Virus record (IMG/VR): IMGVR_UViG_3300046170_000220
Coordinates: 1-56,809 of that record
From: a virus
Lineage: Duplodnaviria; Caudoviricetes
Strand: one strand, 5' to 3'
Length of the DNA stretch: 56,809 bases
Position numbers and translations under genes: made by a program. Below the pieces are notes generated by a model. That model was not told the DNA's origin. It worked only from the letters and a program-made list of their open reading frames with translations, and made no database searches. Shown one piece after another: positions 1 through 12,300 of this stretch (position 1 is the stretch's first letter; each line of letters starts with the position of its first letter).

Positions 1-564
1 CGGTGTACCTCTAACTGAAATGATGCCAGCATGATTTTCTCAGCCGTTCCTTCAGAGGCTATAAACCTAGTGTGGGAAGATGTCTTCCCCCTTTTGGGTC
101 CAGCTTTACGGACTGCTGAGGGGAAGTTCCACATTGATGATGTGTATAGAATGATACAGTCAGGACAATACACACTATGGGTTGTTGTCGAAGATGATAA
201 ATATATAGCAGCCCTCACAACTAGGGTTTTGGAATATCCATCACGCAGGGCCGTAGCTATTGATTGGCTTGGCGGAAAAAGAATGAATGAGTGGCTGCCT
301 ATAGCTATGGAAACCGTAAAGAAGTACGCAAAAGATATTAATTGCAAACACCTTGAGGGATATGGCCGTAAGGCTTGGGGCAGGGTATTGGAAAAGCACA
401 ACTGGGAGCCAGAATATATTGCTTATAGAATGGAGTTGAGCGATGGGTAAAGGCGGCGGATCACCACCCCCTAGCAGTTCTACAGTTACGCAGACTAATC
501 TGCCTGAATATGTAGAGCCGTATTTTAAAAGGCTTCTTGAGCGTACAGAATCAGAAAGCAAGCG
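1..564. repeat. Direct terminal repeat, left copy (564 bp)
   Basis: 1-564 matches 56246-56809; ORF 31..450 recurs identically at 56276..56695 (offset 56245). Confidence 0.97.
31..450 (+). CDS. GNAT-fold/acetyltransferase-like virion-associated protein
   Basis: 139 aa; LWVV...IDWLGG...C..LEGYGRKAWGRVL pattern typical of the small gene preceding podophage ejection proteins. Confidence 0.55.
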   Translation: MIFSAVPSEAINLVWEDVFPLLGPALRTAEGKFHIDDVYRMIQSGQYTLWVVVEDDKYIAALTTRVLEYPSRRAVAIDWLGGKRMNEWLPIAMETVKKYAKDINCKHLEGYGRKAWGRVLEKHNWEPEYIAYRMELSDG

Positions 565-1876
565 CGAATATACGCCTTATTCGGGCGATAGACTTGCTGG
601 CACATCCGCTGATATCAAAGCTGTTGAAGGACGCAACGAGAAGAATGGCTCAACAAGGGTACGCCCTATATTGGCGAAGCCTATGGACACCACTAGGGCT
701 GGCATTCAGGCCTGCCTATGGTGCTGCCGGATACCGCCCCGGTCAGTTTCACTATGCCGGGTCAAGGCATTACTCAGTTTACTGGCCCAGCGGGCGTCAC
801 CAGATTTACTGGCCCAAGCGGACCAGCAGGGCTTTCCGGATATCCGTTCTCAGGTTCAGCAATTTAGAGGCCCGTCTGCTGTTAGTCAGTTTAGTCAAGT
901 TGGCCCAAGTGGTGAGTTTGATGCTGCTGCCGCACAACAATATATGGATCCGTACATGCAACAAGTTGTTAATGTACAGAAAAGGGAAGCCATTCAAGAG
1001 GCGCAAAAAGCTAAAGCTGGAAGGGCTGCTCAAGCGATTGGTGCTGGTGCATTTGGCGGCTCAAGGGAAGGCATTGTTCGATCTGAGGCAGCGGAGAGCC
1101 TGCAAAAGCAACTAGGTGACATCCAAGCCATTGGCTCACAACAAGCATTCAAGCAGGCACAAGAACAGTTCGAGCGTGATCGAGCTGCGCAAGAATGGGG
1201 CAAGAGCAGCAAAGAGTTCCAAGTTGAACAGGCTCAAGAACAAGCTGTCCGCAGGTTTGAGGACATGGGATTCTCAAGAGAGCAAGCCCAAGAGCAGGCC
1301 TTCCGTCAGATGGAGCAGCAGAGGATGGCTCAGGAGCAAGCGCAAGCAGATCTTGTGTCTCGCTTTGAGGAGGCTGGATTTAGCCGCGAGCAGGCCCAAG
1401 AATCTGCACAGCGTCAGATGGAGCAGCAAAGGTTCGAGACAGAGAAGGCCAGAGAGTCTGCGATTCAAGCGCGTTACAACCAACTTCTGCAAGCGCAGCA
1501 GGCTCAGGAGCAAGCTCGTCTTGCTGGCGCACAGTTTGGCCTTGAGGGTCTAAAGACTGGTATGGCTGGCGCAGAGCAGCTTGCAGAGCTTGGAGCCAAA
1601 GGTCAGGGCTTAACGATAGAACAGCTTAGAAGTCTTGAGCAGGTCGGCAAGGCAGAGCAAGCCCGCCGTCAGCAGGCTTTGGATATGGCGTATCAGGACT
1701 ATATGCGTCAAAGAGATTATCCAAGAGAACAGCTACAGTTCTATTCATCAATCCTTCGCGGTGTTCCTGTGTCTCCGTCTCAGGAGCAAGCAACGTATCA
1801 ACAAGTCAATCCGTTACAACAACTTCTTGGCACGGGACTGGCAGGTCTATCTTTATATAAAGGTCTTGGAGGCTAA
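443..1876 (+). CDS. Internal virion/DNA ejection (pilot-like) protein; compensating frameshifts likely around 620-850
   Basis: N-term TQTNLPEYVEPY, QQYMDPY, AGAFGGSREG, Q/A-rich coiled coil, C-term LLGTGLAGLSLY; the garbled middle reads as QF.GP repeats across frames. Confidence 0.7.
   Translation: MGKGGGSPPPSSSTVTQTNLPEYVEPYFKRLLERTESESKREYTPYSGDRLAGTSADIKAVEGRNEKNGSTRVRPILAKPMDTTRAGIQACLWCCRIPPRSVSLCRVKALLSLLAQRASPDLLAQADQQGFPDIRSQVQQFRGPSAVSQFSQVGPSGEFDAAAAQQYMDPYMQQVVNVQKREAIQEAQKAKAGRAAQAIGAGAFGGSREGIVRSEAAESLQKQLGDIQAIGSQQAFKQAQEQFERDRAAQEWGKSSKEFQVEQAQEQAVRRFEDMGFSREQAQEQAFRQMEQQRMAQEQAQADLVSRFEEAGFSREQAQESAQRQMEQQRFETEKARESAIQARYNQLLQAQQAQEQARLAGAQFGLEGLKTGMAGAEQLAELGAKGQGLTIEQLRSLEQVGKAEQARRQQALDMAYQDYMRQRDYPREQLQFYSSILRGVPVSPSQEQATYQQVNPLQQLLGTGLAGLSLYKGLGG
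1254..1470 (+). repeat. Imperfect 108-nt (36-aa) intragenic tandem repeat
   Basis: RFEDMGFSREQAQEQAFRQMEQQR and RFEEAGFSREQAQESAQRQMEQQR. Confidence 0.75.
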
Positions 1877-1879
1877 TCA

Positions 1880-3967
1880 ATGAACATTCTCGATATCCAA
1901 GACAACCTAAAGAACTTTTCTGAAGATCAGCTAATTAATGAGATGCAGATGCCGTCAGGCACAGCCCCTCAGTTCCTTGTTCTTGGAGAGATCAAGCGCC
2001 GCAAGAAGATGCGTGATGAGCTGTCGGCTCGTCAGGCTCAGAACATGCCCACTGTTGCAGAAGAAGCAATATATGCTGCGGGTATGCCACAAGAGGGTTT
2101 GGCTCAGATGGCTCAGGCCATGGCACCCCAAAGTTCAATTGCACAAAATACAGGTATAGGATCATTGCCACAGGCCGCACCGCAAGCTCCACCGGCAGGT
2201 GCAGAGATGGGTATGGCAGAGATCATGCCTGAGATGATGCCTCAAGGTATGCCACAGGGCATGCCGCCAGCTATGCCTATGGCTAGTGGTGGCCTTCTTG
2301 AGTCTCTGTTTGCCACAAAAAGCAGCGACTCAGAGAGTGGAAGGCCAGAAATACGCACCACCAAGAGTGGTCGCAAGGCCATGTACAAACCGGGAACAAA
2401 CATCTTCCTTGGATTTGTAGAAGAGGACAAGGGCATGGCGGCTGGTGGCGTTCTACGCGCACAGCAGGGCATGTATATGCCAGAAGACCCACGCCTTCGC
2501 GCCCTAATGATGCAGGAAAGCCGTGGAGATCCAATGGCTACTGGCTCAGTGGGTGAGATCGGTGCATTCCAAATCCGTCCTGAGACGGCGCTAATGCCGG
2601 GGTATGGTATCAAGAGTTTATTCCCAGAGATCTCTTCTGAGATTGGCGCTGGCAAGAAGTACAGAACACCAGCCGAAGCATATGAAGCCAACAAAGACCT
2701 CATTGACTCAACGCTAAGGAACACCCAGAAGGCAGAAGGTTTTGCCAGTGACTATCTAACAAGAGCAGAAGAGCGCCTTGGGTCACCTGAGGCTGCGTTA
2801 CTGTCATACAACCGTGGCATATCTGGCGCGGGTAAAGTAGATGACCCAACACAAGACCCATACTATCAGGGTGTCATGAGTTTCATGGGTGATGATGGCT
2901 TGCCTAGCGTTCTTGCTGATCGCGGTGTAACTGCTGCCGATCTGGCGCAACCTGATGCTGATGCTGGCTTGTTCTCTGCTATGGCGGCAACTCCTAGTGT
3001 AGCTACGCAAACGCCCGACATACCACCAAACATTATTAAAGATGAGTCTGGTCGTGCAATTGGGGATGCTTCTTACGGCCCAAGAATAAGAGCGGCTATG
3101 GAGGCTGGCGATGAGGAATTAGCTAATCAGCTAGTTGCTCAGGGACTGAACGAAGCAAACTTCTTTGAACAAATGTACAGAAACATTGACCCTGATGATT
3201 TAGGCAATGTTGGTCAGGATGCTGTCACCTCTGGAATTGGCTCAATAACAACGCCTGTTGGAACCGGAACCATAGATCCGGGACAAATGACGCAAGTCCT
3301 TCCGCTAGACCCAACACAAAAAACAATCAGCGGCGAGACCGTTGAAGAAGATGTTGCAGAATCTGAAACAGTTGAGCCGACAACAAGCGCAACACCTCCA
3401 GCAGCGGACGCTCCGGCGCAATCTTCTGGTGATGATATTGCAGCAGAGATAGCTAAACTGATGACGTTCAGCGGTAGTGGCTCAACATCTGGAGTCGAGC
3501 AAGAGATCATTGACCTGCAAAAAGATCTCGCTAAGTCACGCGAACAGGACAAGTGGCTAGCTCTTGGGCAGGCTGGGCTTGCGTTGATGTCGTCAACCAA
3601 CCCAACATTGCTTGGCGCTGTTGGTGAGGCTGGCCTTGCTGGTGTTAAATCACTCAAGGATGCTGACGAGAGTTACAGAGAGGGAGTCATTGACTTGATC
3701 AATGCTAGGTCTAAACTCAGTAAGGGCGCTTTAACTGCTGAGGAGGCGGCTCCTCTTCTGTCTGATGTACTTGAAACACTAGGGGAGACAGTGGAAGATA
3801 AGAACCCAGCCTCCCCAACATTTGGTGAGATGATTCCGAAGGTTACAGGAACATCACGGTTGGAGCTGGAAAACTTGAGAGATTACCTGATGCCTAAAGT
3901 TGGCTACCCATCTGCTACCCAAAGAGGTATACAAGCAGCTATATCCGCAACAAATAATGCGAGCTAA
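1880..3967 (+). CDS. Internal virion protein with soluble lytic transglycosylase (SLT) domain
   Basis: SLT motifs LMMQESRGDP (catalytic E-S), GAFQIRPETA, ALLSYNRG. Confidence 0.8.
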   Translation: MNILDIQDNLKNFSEDQLINEMQMPSGTAPQFLVLGEIKRRKKMRDELSARQAQNMPTVAEEAIYAAGMPQEGLAQMAQAMAPQSSIAQNTGIGSLPQAAPQAPPAGAEMGMAEIMPEMMPQGMPQGMPPAMPMASGGLLESLFATKSSDSESGRPEIRTTKSGRKAMYKPGTNIFLGFVEEDKGMAAGGVLRAQQGMYMPEDPRLRALMMQESRGDPMATGSVGEIGAFQIRPETALMPGYGIKSLFPEISSEIGAGKKYRTPAEAYEANKDLIDSTLRNTQKAEGFASDYLTRAEERLGSPEAALLSYNRGISGAGKVDDPTQDPYYQGVMSFMGDDGLPSVLADRGVTAADLAQPDADAGLFSAMAATPSVATQTPDIPPNIIKDESGRAIGDASYGPRIRAAMEAGDEELANQLVAQGLNEANFFEQMYRNIDPDDLGNVGQDAVTSGIGSITTPVGTGTIDPGQMTQVLPLDPTQKTISGETVEEDVAESETVEPTTSATPPAADAPAQSSGDDIAAEIAKLMTFSGSGSTSGVEQEIIDLQKDLAKSREQDKWLALGQAGLALMSSTNPTLLGAVGEAGLAGVKSLKDADESYREGVIDLINARSKLSKGALTAEEAAPLLSDVLETLGETVEDKNPASPTFGEMIPKVTGTSRLELENLRDYLMPKVGYPSATQRGIQAAISATNNAS

Positions 3968-3969
3968 TT

Positions 3970-6315
3970 ATGGGACAGGTAACAACCCGCAGTCCCCTCA
4001 CTGGTAGACTCTACACCTTCAATGTAGCTGGAGATCAGCCGACAGAGCAGGAGCGTTTAGCTGTTGCTCAATATCTCATTGCGACTGAAGGTCAGACACA
4101 ACAGCCCCAGACATCTGAGCTAATAGAGCAAGAAGAGAGAGAATCCAATGCTCTTATTGATGCGCCTAGGGAGTTCACTAGGGGATTAGCAAAAGGTTTT
4201 GCCGACATCCCCGGAGGCCTAGCATCATTAGCCACTGCTATATCCCCATTAGATAGGTTTGGCCTTGGCTACGTTGAGGATTATGTTGAATCTGCCGGTC
4301 AGGGTGTAACGAAAGCTGCAAGAGAAGGCATCGACAATTTATTAGGTGAGCCTGTTGACACGCCTGTTGGAAAGTTTGCTGGCGCTCTTGGATCTATATC
4401 ATCTTACTTTGTGCCAGTTGGCGCAGCCGCCAAGGTTGCGTCTGGTTTGGGCAAGGGCGCTAAGGCCGTAACAGCAGCGGGTACTGGAACGGCTGCCGCT
4501 ATGGGTGTTCGCTCAAGGCTCGCAACAGCAGGTTGACAGAATTGCCAGACAGATAGAGCTGGGGCAAGAGGTAGACAACAAAGACCTAGCAGTTGCACTG
4601 GGTGGCCTAATTGGTGCCGGTGAATTTTTCCCACTGCAAAAAGCATTCAAAACATTTACAAGAACATTAAAGGGCGTCCCAAAGGATGCTAAGAAAGATG
4701 CTATCGAGGCATGGCTAAGTAAGGTAAACCTTAAAGCCAGAGCAAAGAGTGCTGGAAAGACAGGCTTGTTTGAGGCCGCTCAGGAAGCCACTGCTGGGAT
4801 GGGCGCAAGATCTCGTAGAAAAGAACCTGTACAACCCAGAGCCTTGATATAAGTTTAAGTTCATATCAGGATGACGCTATCTATGGTGGTGGCTGCTGGT
4901 GCTGCATTCAACTTCTTTGTTGATACCATAGCTGGCAGAAAGCTAAAGAAGTCTCTCTAACTCAAGGAATCAGCTTCAGCAGGATATGGATGAAGAGGGG
5001 CAGGCTAACAGGTCTCTGTTAGATAACGCAGAGACATCCCTTGGTACAGCCATGACCTTTGATGCAGAGGGAAATGAAGTCCCAAAGGGCGGCAGGCCAT
5101 TAATAGCTGCCCCCAAAGCAGAGCCTGTTGATGCTTTAGAAGGACAGGTGCCAAGCCCCACTCAAGACGCCGAGCCTACAGCAGAGCAGATCGCAGCGTC
5201 TGCGAATGTAAAGCAACTTGCGCTAGAGCCTAACAAAGAGGCGGAGCTTCAGAGCCGTAAAGCAAAAGAAATTCTGCTGGCAAACCCAACAGAGATAGAA
5301 GTAAAAGACCTGCCCGAAGATGAACAGGCCGCCGTGCGCCAGTACCGAATGAGAGCAGGGCTTCAAGATATTGAGGCACCACTCACAAGAGACGAACTTG
5401 AGGAAGCTGTGTCATCTACCCTTGGTGAGGACAGGGGCATTGAGGCTGCGAATCGTGAGGGATCGAAGAGGTTTCCCAGAAACCTTTGAGCCTAAGCTAA
5501 CAGAGAAAAAAGCAGCAGAAAGAAAAGCTGAAGCTGTTGTGCAGGCAAGGGTAGCTGAGGTTATTGAGGATGCCAAAGCTGGTCTTAAAAACGGAGAACT
5601 TCTCAAGAAGAACGGAACCATATCTCTTGGCAAGGTTAAGTCTAGGCTAAAGCTAAACCAGAATGAGGCCGTTGCCGTTGTCGATAAGCTCAAAGCTATT
5701 GGCTATGCCACACCTATTTCCCCGACAGAACTAAAGCCAATTCTACCAGAAGCCCGCCTCGAACCTGCAAACTTTACTAAAGTTCGCATGCTGCAAGACG
5801 GTGTGGCTAACAATAAAGATTATCTGGCTGGCGCAGAAGTCAGTGTAACTGACACGGAAGCATTAGTGTTGCAGCAAACAGGCGTTGCTGAACCCATCTC
5901 TGAAGGCCCGTCACCAGAGCAGGAAGCCCTAAGAGAGTTTCAGGTGGCTATGCAGGAGCTACAGTTCGACAGAGCAGAGCAGCAAAGACGCCTAGACAAA
6001 ATGAAAGAGGCTGGCGCTCAGGATCAGACTCAACAAATCATGCTGGAAAACCAGCAGCGCGTAGTCGATGAGGCAAACGCAAGGCTTCAGGCAGCCCTCA
6101 ACAAAGAGCAAGAGCTGCTAGCTAAGGCCAACCTCTCCAACCCTCAGAACTCTGATGGACTGCCAGCAGATCAGGTGCTAGCAAACGAAGCTCGACAGGC
6201 AGCGGAAGAGTCAACCGCATCTCAGCCAACTGAAGAGTACAAGCGGAAGATAAACACCGTAGCCAACCTGCTGCGTAAGTACATGTTTAAAGAGCTTGGC
6301 ATCAAGGGACGTTGA
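3970..6315 (+). CDS. N-terminal part of the giant ejection/polyvalent protein, broken by frameshifts (ORFs 3970-4536, 4505-4852, 4986-5489, 5371-6315)
   Basis: Overlapping same-strand ORFs with abrupt junctions; G/A-rich membrane-like segments followed by charged coiled coil; the last fragment overlaps ORF 6296. Confidence 0.6.
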
Positions 6316-9300
6316 CATTGTAACTGAGAATGTTCTTGAGCCTGACAAGATCAAAGACGGCTTTATTGTCGAGGGTTACTATGACGGTAGCGGCGAAGGC
6401 AGGAAGATCATCGCCCTTGCCATGGAGATATACGACCCGAACCTGACTGAAGCACAATTGTTCCAGCGTCTGCGTGGCGTCCTTAACCATGAGGTCATCC
6501 ACGCCCTGCGTGGCCTTGGCGTACTGACTGAGCAGGAGTTCGCCACTCTTGTTAAGGCAGCGTCTAAGCGTAAGTTTGTCAAGAAGGTTGGTGGTAGATT
6601 AGTCGAAAGAGACTACACATTCCTTGACCGCGCTGTAGCCATGAACGAAGGCCAGAGCATTGAGTATCAGCAAGAGGAAGCTGTTGCTGAAATGTTTAGG
6701 TCTTATGCTGATGGCAAGATCAAGGTTGCTGGCAAGCCTAGAACAATCTTCCAGAAGATAGGCAGGTTCTTCAAGTCTATATTCAACGCCCATAGGGATG
6801 CTGGCTTCACTGATGCGGCCTCTATCTTTGACAACATCCAATCAGGCAAGATTGGCAGAAGAGAGAGAAGCCTACAAAAAGCAGCGGCAGTACCAGCAGG
6901 AACAAAGTATTCCACCGCCGGTATCAGGGCCGGATTCCACGCGCCTGACATCGACAAGAAAGCTGCTGAACGCATAGGCATGTCCTTTAAGGATGTGACC
7001 AAGCGTGTAGAGGAGTTAACAAAAAGTGCAAATGAACTTTCTGATGGCGAAATAACCTACGATGAGTACGACAAAAGAGTTAATAAGTTCAAGCCGATCA
7101 TTCCGTACCAGACCGTACCAGCGCCAGCTACGACAAAAGAAATGGTCTCCGCTTTATCCGAAGGGAAAAAGGCTAAAGTGGGAAAAGCGTCAGAGATACA
7201 AGACAACACCCCTGTCAAACTAAGACTGGACATACCATCATACACACAGAAGGGTGTGTGGGTTCCCACCATCCACGGTCAAGACAACAGAACAATTGCC
7301 CACGAAAGCACAGCCATTGTTACCAATGCTAAGTTTTCTGCAAGCGACAGGACAGCTTTAAGAATAGCTAAGGGCGCTGCCAAAGGACCGTTTGCTACAA
7401 TTGATGGCATGTTTAAATATGCAACGCCAGACAATGCCTTTGCCGTAGCGCAAGAAATGTTGGCTGACCCAACAGTTGTTCAGGTTGGCTTTGATCCTGA
7501 GCGTCATTCATACTTCTATGACCGCACCACGACAGAGCCTGTTGTTTCAGCCGACTTAGTTGTACAGGTTGGCCCTCTTGTGCTGGCAAAGAACCCACAG
7601 TTTGCGCCTAAGTCTGACTTCAAGTATTCGGTGGCAAGGACTCAGGGATTAAACACAATAAGAGAGTTTATTAAAAACAACCCAGACGGATTTACCATAA
7701 CATCTCAGGGCGTTTCTGTCCCGATAGGAACCCCCGATAGTGGTATCGTAGTCGCTCCAATTAAGGACGCGGAACTTATTGTAGGTGGTGATATACCAAT
7801 CAATGTTCTTAGGGAGTATATCGAAAACGCTAAGGCTATGTCAGGAATATTTAACAGAGAGGTTTTCCTTGGAGGCTGGCTCAACAATGACAATGGCAAG
7901 TATTACCTTGACAACACACTCATAGTAAACGATAAGGCAGAGGCACTCTATTTTGCTCAGGCGGCGAAGCAAATAGCTGTTTATGATTTGAGAGTGCCGC
8001 CGTATGGACAGGAGATAGTTACAGATGAAGGAATCAAACAACTCCAAGAAGCCGGTATTTATAGGAGTGACACCGCAGAGCAATACAGAAGAAGTATTGA
8101 GCGAGCTAGTGGCCTCTTTAGAGCGGCAAGGATTGAAAATCAAAGACAAAGAGAAGCCGAGGCAAGCCTAGCTGCCAGAGCTTACTCGGTAGCCATTACC
8201 CCAAAGGCAGACCCTAACGGCAACGTGCGCCTTACTCACTACTCTCCTATGACAGACCTTGAGGTTGTTAACCCTGAAGAGCAAGGCTCTAACTACAGGA
8301 TGCGTGGAGAAGAGAGGAAGAGGCAGGCATCAGCTTGGCGGCAGGACTACCCAGCAAGAAGTTACTATGGCCTTAATGTTGGCGAAGAGGGTGGTTACTC
8401 TAAAGAGTATTCTGTCGGAGAAAATGTATATGTTGCCGATGTTCCTCTTGCAGACCTATATAACTTTGAAGAAGACCCAGAGGGATTCAAATCTAAAGCT
8501 GATGGCATGATAACCGATAGGGTTATGGAGCTTTCTTGGGGTGACCCTCAAGGATTCATCCTGACTCAGGCCGAGAAGATGGTTGCTGATGCTGGTTACT
8601 CTGGGTACTACACCAACACCCCAATGGGCTTGGTTGCTGCGATGTTTAACCCAATTAAAGTTAGGCCTAATATTGCTGACGCAAAGAAGTTTTCTATTGC
8701 GAGGCTGTCTCCAGCAGAGATAGGCCTGACATCAATCAACAATGTTAACACCGAGCTTGGCGACCCAGTAAACAATTACTATGTACAGCAAGCCCCATAT
8801 GGCAGCGTTGCTATGCAGACTGCTGTGCTAAAGATGCAACAAGATCGCGGTAACGTGGTTCTGAACTGGGACAACCCAGATAACTGGGAAACATTAGCAC
8901 GGCTTATGGCGGCAGAGGCTGAGGTTGCCCTGTCGCGAGATAAGAATGCTCTTGGTTGGTACGACAGAACACTCGATACCGCCAAGCGTGTCACATCTAT
9001 ATTGTTCCCAGACATCAAGCCAAATACAGATGCTGAAAGCGCATTCATATTTGCTACTGCCGTTACATCAAACGGTGTTCCTGTTATTGGTAACTGGCAA
9101 GCAGCAGCAGAGCAGTACAAAAACTGGAAAGAAACAGGACGGTTTATTGAGAAGGGTTATGGAGACCAAGGCTCCAGCATGATCCCAGCATTCCAGCTCT
9201 ACAATGCAATGAAGGATCTAAACTACACAGACCTTGAGATTAAAGACTTCCTGAATCAGAAGATGACTGTAAGTGAGTTACGGCAAAATAATCTCTTGAA

Positions 9301-12300
9301 AGAGCTGGGCTACAAAGACAGTGGAGCTGAATCGGCAGACACTGAAGTTTTTGTATCATACATTCTGGGACCAAAAATCGGTCAAGGTTTTTACCAGAAC
9401 CTAGTTGGCAACTTTAACACACTCACCATGGATCGATGGTGGATGCGGATGTTTAACCGTATAAGTGGTCAGCCTTTCGTTAACCCAGAGCGTCCTGAGA
9501 CATTCGATAAGCGTGTATCTGAGATCATTGAGTTTTCAAACAACCCTGTATCTGATGCAGAGTCCACGATTATTAACGTGGCAAAGGCTGAAATTAATGC
9601 TGACATCATCACGCCTGAAAATGTTGATGAGTTTTCGTATGCGGTTAATAGATATTTTCAGAGGGTCTATAAGCGCCTGACACAAAGTATTAATACAGCA
9701 AAGGAATCTCTGGCTATTGCAGAGCAGTCTGGAGATTCTGCCGCAATACAGAAGGCAACGGATGATCTTCTCAACGCCGAGAAGAACAGGAATAGAGACC
9801 CCAACAAAATATTCCTGCCATTCAAGTCACGTTTGTTCCAGCGTGTAAGTGGACACGTTAAGAAGCTGGAAGATGCCCGCAAAGGCGGAGCCATGCAGGA
9901 AGACCCGCGCTCTCCAAAGCAGCGTCAAGCCATGAGGGCAATAGCTAATCGAGCAAGAGAGATAGTCCAAGAGGATCTTGGCACCTCAATGTCTAACGCA
10001 GATTTTCAAGCGCTGATGTGGTATCCTGAGAAAAATCTCTTTTACTCTTATGGGGTAAAGAAGGGTCAGGGTGACGACAATGATTACATAGATGGGGCAA
10101 TAGCACTATTAGAAAAGGAAGGTTACAATGTTGACACCATCGCGCAAGCACTCCCCGAATCAGACGCAAGGATCGTCAATGATAGAAAGGGTGCCGCAGA
10201 ATCGTATGAGAGAACTGGTATTGAGCTTACAGAACCAGATAGACCAGAAGAAGGCGCAGTCGGTGATGCTGGAGGAAGAAAGCGAAGCGTAGCTCGCGTA
10301 GCTCCTGAACGTGATTATTCTATGCCAACTCAGGTTCTGTCTGACAGGATAGACCAACAGGCAAAGAACCACACATATGATAACGCATCTCGCATTCTTG
10401 CCAAGGTTATCCGTGGCGCTACATTCGGTAATGTCAGTAAGCAGAAAGCCCAAGGATTATCTGAAAGGTTCCTGACCAAGTATCAGGACTCTATGCTGCC
10501 GCTTGGCAAAATGCTAGACGAGATACGCGCCAACCCAGACAACGATATGGTCGATGCCTTTGATGCGTATATGCAGGAAGAGCTTTCTCAGGGCGTAGCC
10601 GGTGCCAGAATAGCGAACAACACTCAAGATTTCTTTGAGCCTATTGCGGAGGCTATGAAGAACATTGATGTGTCAGAAGTTCAATTGAACTCTATTGGCT
10701 CCAAGTATATTAGAGACTACCTAGCAACAGAGGCAGACCCACGGCAGGTGATTGCTGACGCTTACCTATATGCCAGACACGCCAAGGAAAGAAATAAGTA
10801 CATCCTAGATAGGTACAAGCGCGGTAATGGATCGGGTATGTCTGATGCTGAGGCAGATACCATACTGTCTTGGGTGAACGGTCAGCCAGTTGACATAAAG
10901 GCAAGCCTTGATGAGGTTGCATCCATAGCTGACCAGATTATTGAAAGCACAAACGCCTTCCGTAAAGAGGGTGATCTTATACCTGACTTTGCACAAGTAG
11001 CCGCCGACCCTGAGTCTAAATGGCAGCCAACAAACTTCAGCTTCTATGTCCCGTTACGAGGAACCTTAACCCCTGAAGAGGAATCAGTAGACGACTTTGG
11101 TAATGTGCCAAGGAGAACGCCCAATCTATATGGCGCTAGAGGGCGCAACGATGCTCGCATGCAGGGTCGCGGCAACGAGTACGCCACTGACATCGTGTCT
11201 CACTTGATGGCGCAGAACATGCTGACTATCCAGAGGGCTGAGAAGAACAAGGTTGGCAAAGCTTTCTATGACATGGTTGCCAGTGATCAGGTTGACACTG
11301 CCGACTATGCAGAGATTGTTAATAAGGTTGCTGACCCTGACAACACATTGACTGTGAAGATCAATGGTGAGGACAAGTATGTTGAGATCTTTGACGACCG
11401 TATAGCAAGAGCAATGAAGGGGGCGATGACACCACAAAGTCAGAGCGGCCTTGTCAAGTTCATGGCTGGTCTGAATCGGCTACTGTCAAACATGAATACA
11501 TCATGGAACCCTGAATTTGTTCTATCGAACTTTCCAAGAGACTTGGAGGCAGCGGGTGTAAACCTAGGCCAGTATGATGAGAAGGGTCTAACAAAGGATG
11601 TGATAGCCGGAGCCTTTCCAGCAGTTAAAGGTATAGGTGACTTCCTTAGAACAGGGAACATATCAAGCGAGTGGTCTGGATGGTACAAAGAGTTTGTTGA
11701 CAACGGGGGCAAGAACGCAACAAACCAGATGTCTGACTTACAGGACAGCATGAACAGCATCAAGTCAGTTCTTAACGACATATCAAACGATGGTCTGTCT
11801 AAGAAGTTTGGTGCCATGAAAAACAAGTTCACTCAGAGCGGCATCATTAAATTCCTAGATGACTGGAACACAGCAGTTGAGAATGGTGTCCGTGTTTCCC
11901 TTTATAAACAACTAGTTGAGAGGGGTTACTCGCCAAAGAGAGCGGCGCAAGCAGCGAGAAACATCACCGTTAACTTTGCTAAGGGTGGTGAGGAAAGAGC
12001 CTTCATGAATGCTTGGTTCCTTTTCTACAACGCATCACTGCAAGGCACGATGGCATTAACTAACGCAGCAGTTCGCTCGCCTAAAGTCAGGAAGCTTTGG
12101 ATTGGCCTGTTGATGTATGGATTCATGCAAGACATGATCCTTGGATCAATGTCAGGTGATGAGGACGAGGATGGCAAGAGTGACTATGACGAGATTGGTG
12201 ATTACGAGTTAGAGCATAACTTTATATTGCCAACATTCGGACTAGCTGACGAAAAGTATATTGCGATTCCGCTTTCATATGGACTCAACATGGCGGTAAA

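Noticed and set aside
3970-6315. Multiple frameshifts as programmed recoding or true pseudogenisation
   Set aside because: Indels cluster towards both ends of the sequence and hit apparently essential genes without clear slippery motifs; long-read consensus error is more parsimonious.
7331-7345. KFSAS as a sixth junction motif in the polyprotein
   Set aside because: Weaker match that appears to lie inside a domain.
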